Made by a program: the position numbers and the translations under genes. From assembly GCA_964016885.1 (NCBI GenBank), contig OZ024745.1, positions 57,164,001 to 57,228,000 on the forward strand: a stretch of DNA of 64,000 bases, in the 5' to 3' direction. Positions 55,265 to 64,000 of this stretch are shown here, piece by piece (position 1 is the stretch's first letter; every line of letters begins with the position of its first letter). Under the pieces are notes generated by a model. It ran no database searches. It saw nothing but the letters and a program-made list of their open reading frames with translations, and was not told where the DNA came from. Source of the DNA: Eledone cirrhosa (lineage: Eukaryota).

Positions 55265-55419
55265 AGTTCCACTTGCGCAATCACAGGATCACCTTGATGA
55301 TCCGCCGCTAATGAATTTTTCAGATTGTTTTACATCCCCCACACAGTTTTATTTGGATCACCCACACTTATTAAATTCTTCTAATCTATTGACTCTTCTC
55401 AATGCCTATCACACTTCTC

Positions 55420-56130
55420 AATTCTAATCCCACTCTCTATATCTAATACCCAAAATCTCCCTCTCTCTATTACTACTAAGAACTATCTTCAAATACCCCC
55501 CCCCCTCTATATCAATTTACCCCCCCCCCCCCCCCTCTCTATATTTACCACACGGCACACTCATAATCATTCTCTCGATATCCATTAACATCAATCCCTC
55601 CCCTCCACTATATTTATCACAAAAAAATGTTCTCATAATCCCCCTCTTCTATATCTACTACCCGATACTTTCCACCTCTCTCCATCTGTTTATACCTATC
55701 TTTCCCAATAACTCTCAATATATATCACCAGTGAACTCTCCCGCTCTTTATATCTATCTTTACTTATCTCTCTCATATCCCCTCTCTGTAGCAATCACCA
55801 CCAAACTCTCCTTCTCTCTTTATCTACTACAGGCCACTCACATATTAGCCCCCTCCCTATATTAATAGCCATAAAACTATTCCCCTCTGTATCTAATACA
55901 CAATACTCTATATATCAATCAATACTACAAATTTCCCTCCTCTCTATATCAACCATACAAAACACTCTCTGAATACCCCTCTCTATATACGTTACCAACA
56001 AACTCTCCCCCTCTCTATATCTACCATACAACACTCTCTTTCAATACCCCTCTCTATTTCAATTACGATATAATCTCCCCCTCTCTATATTTACCGCATG
56101 GTACTCTCTTCCAAAAACCCTCTCTATATT
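55420..56130. repeat. Degenerate pyrimidine-rich minisatellite (recurring CCCTCTCTATATCTAC-like core)
   Basis: Core recurs every 30-40 bp or so. Confidence 0.75.
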
Positions 56131-58189
56131 AATTAACAGACAGTAATTGTCTTTACACGAATTTATAAATTATTTTATATTACCTGATTGTAATTACAGA
56201 TATGTTCTGCCCTTGTGCATCCATCATCTATAAATTTATTTCCTCAGGTATTTGTAAGTTAGAAAGTTCAATATTCACTCACGATATTTGTGCACACTCA
56301 CGCGCTAGCCCGCATACGCGACACACACACGCACGCACGCATGCGCGCGTGTTGTACATCCCTACGTATATGCAGATGTATGTAATCTTTACATCGCAAA
56401 TTGAACTAATATTTTATAAGGGGTATGATATTTATTAACAACATTGAATATTTTGTATTTCATTATGCCTCTATGTAAGTATTTCGTGTAATATAGAATG
56501 ATTATGAAAATCTTTTTTCTTAGTCAAATATATGTTATGCTGTACATCGTAATTTTGTTGGAAATCCCCTTCCATATACATAAAGTTTCTATATTAATAA
56601 TCCATAATTCAGAAGACACACAATCGCAATACTAGAATTTTTATCGATTATAATTGCAATTTCTTTCTATTCAGTTGTAATATAAATTTCAAAATGGATT
56701 CTAGGATTAAAAAAATGAACCTTATTTCCATTCTATACACCAGTTTGTGGAACAATGTTTTTAATTCTGATTCGACGAAATATAATGGAGAAATTGCAAT
56801 GAACACTGTTTTAGAAAATGTATTCAGAAAAACGTTTGCCTCAGCTAACATTGACCATTTATTAGTTATATTTTCATTTCATATCGCCAGAACTCCCGAT
56901 AACGTCTTGCATATATACATCCCAATTGATAACTTGCACCTCTGAAACTTCGTCTTTTCCTATAACTCGGATTCTATTTTGATGGTTCTCCTTCAAGGAG
57001 TATTTACATCTAATCACAAACAGATTAACAATAACTCTGTACCGACATACTCTGCATCCTATGCTCTTATATTCATTCCTAGTCTCAGTAAATGCCCCGG
57101 TTTCTCCTTACATCATGTTTCTCTAACCCCATTGTCATTATAACACTTCGCTGATCTCACATTTTGGATCCACCCAATAACATGATTTCCCTTTACTCAA
57201 ACTCCATTGCTTTTGATATGATCCTTTGAAAGGAGTGACTGTGTCCTGAGATCCTCTGTACACACATACCTACCCACAACGATCAGAGTATTACTACCAT
57301 CAATTTTCAGAATTTATGTACATAAATTTATTTCTCTCTTGCATGTATTTATAATCTTATCCACGAATCAAATACACTAAATAATTTGTTGTAATTATAT
57401 AAAGTGCTATTCTTTTCCGAATAGACAATTTTAGGATTGGCATCATCTTTTTTTTAATTTATTCTTATATATATTGAATAGATTATTGGCATATTTTGTT
57501 AATGAATTCACATTAAATTCATAAATATTAATTCTAAGATTCGTAGGTGGATGAAACACAAAAATACGTTATTTAGTTTTCCTACATTTAAGTTGTGGTA
57601 TAATTTTCGACTTTTGGTAGAAAGCGTAGCCAAATAATTTTTAAACAGAATCTACTCTTCGATAAACTGATTTTGCTTCCTGGGTAATAAATAATTAAAT
57701 AATTGCTTAAAAGTATTTTTGTTAATATAACCAGCGGTATTTCTTCGTAAAATTCTTATTTCAAAGAGCTTGACAACAAAAACACCGCTATTCTCTTTGA
57801 AGTAGCTCCATCACTATAAGAGAGACGAGCTTAATCAAATTCGTTTCGGATACCTTTGTTTGCACACTATGAAAATTGTCAAATGAATTCGAGAATGCCG
57901 TAAAAAAGAAATATCTCTTTCAGATGAAAGAGTATATCACCATTTCAGATCACCAGTGTTTAATACAAGTTTCCAGTTCATCGAACAGGAAAGATGTTAT
58001 TCAAACCAATAAAATCTCTTCCATTCCTGCAAACATAAAGTCCGTGTTAACGGGTTTAGAGCATAGCATACATTATATTGAATCGAGAATACGTGTTGCG
58101 TAAACGTAGAACATATAACTGCAAATGTCATGCTCTCAATTAACACCAATTGAGAATCCCAATTCTTATGAGTTGGTATTACATAATAA

Positions 58190-58705
58190 TGGAAATGTTC
58201 AAACCTTACGACATCCACCTGCAAACAAAAGGACAGGGGGGGGGGGGACAAAGTCCCCATGTCAAAATAAATTCGAGACCTGGATATTGACATGCGGTAC
58301 GATGCATCGTTCCATTCATGCATCCTAGCAATGGCAATAATGGGCAGACGACTCGCTGGCTGGGTCTTGAGGATTTTCAAGACAAGACCCCCGAGAAACC
58401 AAGTTGTTACTATGGATGACATGTGTCCTAATCCGACTGGATTATTGATTCCAGATCTGGACACCACATAATGTCAAAAACTAACCACGGAGATTGAAGC
58501 AATCCAACGAAGCTACACCGAGAGTATTGCCGCAATGTAGGAGATGAGCTACTGGGTGAGGCTAAAAGAACTAAAACGCTACTCCTTGGGACGAAGGTTG
58601 GAGGGATCCGCATTGATTATACATATAGAAAATCATGGAAGGACTAGCACCAAACGTTGGCATTGAGAGCTGGAACAACCCTCGAACAGGACGTCACTAT
58701 ATAGT
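58190..58705 (+). mobile_element. CR1-clade LINE fragment (RT C-terminal region)
   Basis: IRDLDIDM, GWVLRIFKTR, RLDY..QIWTP, IEAIQRSYT, YWVRLKELKRYSLGRR and KIMEGLAPN. Confidence 0.85.
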
Positions 58706-58902
58706 GTCAAATATCCCCTCTTTTACATCTACAGTAAGGAGCAGATATTGCAAAAGACGTCAAAGGTTCTCAACTCAGCTTTAGCCATTAATGAAGAGTA
58801 CAAATATAGAGATAGGATCACAAAGGATAGACACAGAAAATAAAAGGTAATCCATAGCATTAGAGAGAGAGAGAGAGAGAGAGCACTTCAAATGATCTAG
58901 TA

Positions 58903-60200
58903 CAGTGGTACCGAACCGTTTTTGCTTAATCATCTCTTGGAAACATTTGTCTAACGCCTCCCTGTACTGTAAATATTCAAAAGCATACCAATATTTGGTA
59001 AAGTTTGTATTTTGTTTGTAAACTGACAATTTGATGTAAAAGAATACCAAACGCGATGTAACAAATAACGCTCAATTATGCGGCTTCATTTGCTGCTACT
59101 ACCAGTATTAAAGAACAAATTAAAGCAAATTAGACCGTTTAAAGCAGTGTTATTAAAGTTAATTGTTAATAATATAATTTAAATTCATGCTCAAGTTAGG
59201 TTTTATTGTTGGGGATAGAGAGTATGTCATTAAGAAAGACATCACATTTTGAAAAATTCAGATAAGTGGGTAGTTGAGTGTTTTGAAACAATAACATTAT
59301 TGTATCAACCATTCCGACAACATGGACAACGCAGTTGTCTTTTGATAACCATTTTATTTCAGTATAATAGAAAATATTCATCGTTATCAAAGCAGAGTTG
59401 AGAGAGAATTCAATTTTAGCTTGGTCACAGTTTTAATTACTAACTGTCGTACATCACAGAGCCTGCCGTCCATATCTTTTGCCATTTATTCCTCCTGTTG
59501 TCACACAGTATACTATTAAAACAGCTGAACCTCTACCAGATGCATAGGAAACAATATTATTTACTCCGATATAATACTCATGAATGAGAAAATAGCTTAA
59601 ATAAATCTAAAAAAATTGCATATTTTGAGTCCAGTAATAATTGATCAGTCAACAGCATCTCGGAAGAATGAATATTTTCATAAAAACAACGAACATACAC
59701 TACCACGAAGCCTTGAATTCCCCGTTGATTCGTCAACTTGTATGGAAAACCCCGACGATTATAGATGAGTTGATGTTTGATGCCGTTGGCCATTTTATTT
59801 ATACGTCGAGAAACTGTTATTAGTAAGTGGAATTGTCTTGATAATTGTGTCAGGCTTGTTATGCATTGCAATGGAGAGAACGTCTTCAATAACGAGTCAA
59901 AGTAATATTTCTCCTACCGTGTGGGACGTAACGGCCTTTGCCACCAGTAACGCAATGGTATATTTCGCAATTGTCATGTTATCCTGTTGCGTAGTTGGTT
60001 TCTGAAATTCCAAGATTAACGTTTTTCGCTTTTCGAATGAGGTCTTAAGTTGGAAGACATATGGCAATAGATTTTCCTTGTGGTCAGCAAGTTTAGAATA
60101 TAAAGGGTTCTTGGTTTCATTGCCTAAAGCTTGATTGCACATCAGACATATAGGTACATGATTGCCCTCAGCAGAAACGATAAAACATAATATAAATAAT
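58903..60200 (-). mobile_element. Decayed hAT (Buster-type) DNA transposon
   Basis: CLMCNQALGNE, YTIALLVAKA..HTVGEILL, TVSRRINKMA and QVDEST fragments. CAGTGGTACCGAACC terminus resembles Buster TIRs. Confidence 0.75.
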
Positions 60201-60782
60201 CAATGTTACATTGATGACAATGTTTCTCTAATGGTAACATTGGGGTGCTTAAAAATTGTTCATTACAAAGACAAAATAGATGAAACATTAGATAACAAAA
60301 TGTTGGTTCAACAAGTTACATTATTACTCAAAGTCCATTTTCAATAATCCCAAAATACGAGAACACAATGTGTTGCAATCAGTTGGCGATTAATACAACC
60401 CAACAACTTCTGGTTCTCTGTTTATATTGGCATACCCATTGAGCTCTGAGCACATCCCATCTTAGGATTCTCATATTCTGCCTGGCATAGCATTTCGCGC
60501 ATCTTCGTCTACGGTATTTCGTTAAGGTTCTTAAAGGTCATCGCTTGTGTCAAATGTATGCGTGATATTTCGGTGCTGCTGGCATTGGCCACTTTATCCT
60601 GAGCTAGCAAAGTTGTCCTTGATCTTTCCTTATCAAATCGTTTTATTATATCTGGTAATTTCATTTATCCCCTTCAAGTTTTCTGTTGTCTAAAATGTTT
60701 TTGTTATTCTTCTCAAGAAGTGTTTGATGATTTTCGCATAAAAATGACATCATTTTCGAGTCAATAGATACATACATAATAA

Positions 60783-61071
60783 TTGTTTCTACTTTTGGCA
60801 GAAGGCCAGCAATTATTTCAGGGTATTACTGGTACTTTATTTTATCGAGCCCATAAGGATGAAAGGCAAAGTTAACCTCGGCGGACATAATGATTGTTTC
60901 TACTTTTTGGCACAAGGCCAGCAATTAACCAGTGTATTACTGGTACTTTATTTTATCAACCCCGTAAGCATGAAAGGCAAAGTTAACCTCGGCGGGATTT
61001 GAACTTAGAATGGCAAGGGCTGTAACTCTATACGTCAAAGCATGGCGTCCGACCCTCTACCGATACTGCCA
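60783..61071 (-). mobile_element. Tandem SINE pair (partial 60783-60886, near-complete 60894-61071)
   Basis: Match to the SINE consensus. Confidence 0.9.
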
Positions 61072-61216
61072 TAATAATGAAATTCGTTATTATCTCTTAA
61101 ATATCGACATTAACCTAATGTGATAAAAGCCAACAAACTGCACCACTATTTATATTTGATGTACCAGTAGGCACTTCATTTGTTGTTAATAAAATTAACT
61201 TCTGTAGATATCATTG

Positions 61217-61388
61217 AATCGGTAGAGGGTCGGACGCCATGCTTTGAAGCATAGAGTTACCTCCCTTTATTATCTGAGTTCAAATCCCACCGAGGTTAAC
61301 TTTGCCTTTCATCCTTACGGGGTCGATAAAATAAAGTACCAGTAATGCACTGGAAAAATTGCTGGCCTTGTGCCAAAAGTAGAAACAA
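61217..61388 (+). mobile_element. tRNA-derived Nin/Deu-domain SINE
   Basis: Match to the SINE consensus. Lies head-to-head with the preceding copy. Confidence 0.9.
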
Positions 61389-62569
61389 TTATATATTTGA
61401 CATGTGAACATTTCAGACTTGAAACATGACAAATATGAAACCTGGAATGGAACTATGCAAATTGCTTCATTTTAGCATCATAAATGACCATTTTCATCAA
61501 AATATTCAGAATATTTAAATCACGTGAATGAGTGTAATTCATGAATGTAATGACTTTATCATTTATTTTTACATTAGCACCTAATGAGTGGAATTCAGCT
61601 ATTCTTGTAGCAATGAAAGTGTCAAACGTAAGACGAAAGAGAGCTACAACAATAGTTACCACACATTTATCATAGTCATATCGTCGTTCTAAGATAAAAT
61701 AAAAGATAACAACACTAAATGATGATGAAGTTTTGAGCGCATAAAAGCATTCTTATATTTAAAGATCAAGATGATCGAGGTTTACTCTTAAAAATTGTTT
61801 TCCTTTTTCGTTTAGATTTATTTACAAGACTCACGTTTTAGAGACGTATGACACGTGCGACAACAGCTGCTGTGGTTTTTTGAACTAGGCAAATCTTTCA
61901 TGAAATCACATTTATCAAATGGTTAGGTAATGTCTATTTACGCAAAATATTTTCTATTCGCAGGGAAATTGGATTTTTCTTGCACGTTTACATGACTACG
62001 TATTAAATATGTATGCATTCATTCACACCTCTATGCTGGTCATTATGTCTTAATGTGCTATACTTTGTGTCACCTCACACGTGCTGTAATATTTAGTCAC
62101 TCGTCGCTTGGTTAGTATAGCTGCTCTTTGTTGATTGTGGCGTTATTTCTGTGTGTGCTCTTCTGTATATCTATTTCTACTTGCTATAATTCTTAATCAT
62201 CAATAACTAGGTTGTATGGTTGTTGCTATTTCATTCCTATTTTATTCCCCTGAAGCCCGAGTACTGATTTATAATGTCACTGGTGCAGTAATGAGATTGT
62301 CTTGTTTCTGAATGGCACCAGTGCTACTTCCTCTCTTCTTTACCTATACCCAACGTTTCCTCTATACTGGTGGTGTTCCTTCAAAACCGCTTTCAGCAAC
62401 GTATGAAATATACAAAATTTCATGTTTAACTCTTTATAAGTGTGTGCTTATCTTTCAAACAAATGGATTGGCAATACGACATTTAAAAAAAGAATAGTTG
62501 CCATTAAACGTATAATATTTGCAATAAAACATATTAGGATATTTGCAGTACACATATATATATATGTCA

Positions 62570-62741
62570 TACATCACATCAGCTAATCTCAATGCACTTA
62601 CATTTTTAACAGCATTTACATTCTATAGGGATACAGGCATAAATCGCGCCCCACACACAAGCGCACAAACACACATCAAATATACTAATAGGCAAACACA
62701 CCCACACACATGTGCGCGCATATATACATATATATATACAT

Positions 62742-62782
<41 letters not shown>

Positions 62783-63780
62783 ATATATATATATTATACA
62801 ATAAAGTATGTCCATAGAATCATTTGATAAAATATATACATCACCTCCTCTCACAATCAGCATAATTAACCATACAAAAAAAATCAATTAAACAAAGCTA
62901 TAAGATTAAAAGGCACCGATAAAGAAACAATAGATAAATAAACGACAGCTATCTATCCGCGATCAACAGCTAGAGAATATTTACCCACCATTTCTAATAG
63001 CACGTGGAAATCGATTAAATATATCGTCAACCATATATAATTAGGTAAAAAATCAAAGTTAGAAGAAAAAATGTATATAAACATACCAAAATTATGTTTC
63101 TACCCCATGAGGTTTCATTCGCTTTTTGGAAATATCCGATCAAGGATAAATTCACGAGTTTTGAAAATGTCAGTTTTGAAAACGTCAGTTTTGAAAACGT
63201 CAGGAAACAAACTCGCTTGGACGAAGATTTTCCTTAAATGATCCCCGCCAGAAACGAATTCAAAATGGCTAAGAACTGTAACCTGGCAGTGGTCAAGTCA
63301 GAAAGAATGTGATTCGTGTCTTACGGCGAGTGGGCTGGTTGCTAGTAAGCGCTGCCTAAATTGCATGTCAACCATATGGGAGATTATGAAATATAATGAT
63401 TTCCATATACATAAACTAGACAAAGTAATATATATATATGTGTGTGTTTTTGGCAACCAATCACGATGTGGTTCAATGACGATTTATTAATTATATAATC
63501 AACAATCAGAGAAATATACAATAAAGTATGTCCATAGAATCATTTGATAAAATATATACATCACTTCCTTTCCCAATCAGCATAATCAACCATACAAAAA
63601 ACCAATTAAACAAGGGTATAAGATTAAAAGGCACCTATGAAGAAACAATAGATAAATAAGACAGCTATATATCCGCGATCAAGAGCTATAGAATATTTAC
63701 CCATCATATCTAATAGAACGTGGAAATCTGTAAATACTGTTAAAAATGAAAGTGCATTGAGATCAGCTGATGTGATGCCT
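62570..63780. repeat. About 215-bp direct repeat (62797-63012 / 63517-63730) with outer about 50-bp inverted repeat (62570-62620 / 63730-63778)
   Basis: Direct sequence comparison. The architecture resembles the other PLE remnants. Confidence 0.75.
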
Positions 63781-64000
63781 GACACACACACACACACACA
63801 CACACAGGAAAAATAATAAATTTGAAGACTAGAATCCAAAGAGGGCTCGATAAGGATAAATATATATCAGATATATAAGAACCGTAGAGCAAATATTTAT
63901 TAAAATAACAGATTAAAGTGTAAGCAATGAATCGCTGCTTTCACCCTTAACACCTTAATCTTCTGAAACGAAAGTCAATTTGTGAACGCAGAAGTAAATA

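Overview
AT-rich, microsatellite-dense animal genomic DNA, probably a cephalopod such as an octopus (inferred from the tRNA/Nin-domain SINEs and repeat landscape). No host protein-coding gene can be supported, and almost all long ORFs in the track are translations of (TA)n/(CA)n repeats. The window is a nest of mobile DNA. It holds several Penelope-like retroelements (PLEs, RT + GIY-YIG, Naiad-like) inserted in (TA)n: a young head-to-head pair, a nested second family and a tandem third family. Many PLE pLTR remnants carry hammerhead ribozymes (HHRs), several with unusually long helix II, and there are fold-back hairpin mini-insertions. Other mobile DNA includes Dong/R4, Tx1 and CR1 LINE fragments, decayed Tc1/mariner and hAT-Buster transposons, and about nine SINEs. 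The standout is a decayed endogenous parvovirus (about 51.9-55.3 kb) with an unusual layout. The PLA2-containing capsid gene lies upstream of most of NS1 on the same strand. It is bracketed by a consensus splice donor and acceptor that join an 18-codon exon in frame to the NS1 body, so the capsid gene appears to be nested inside an NS1 intron.
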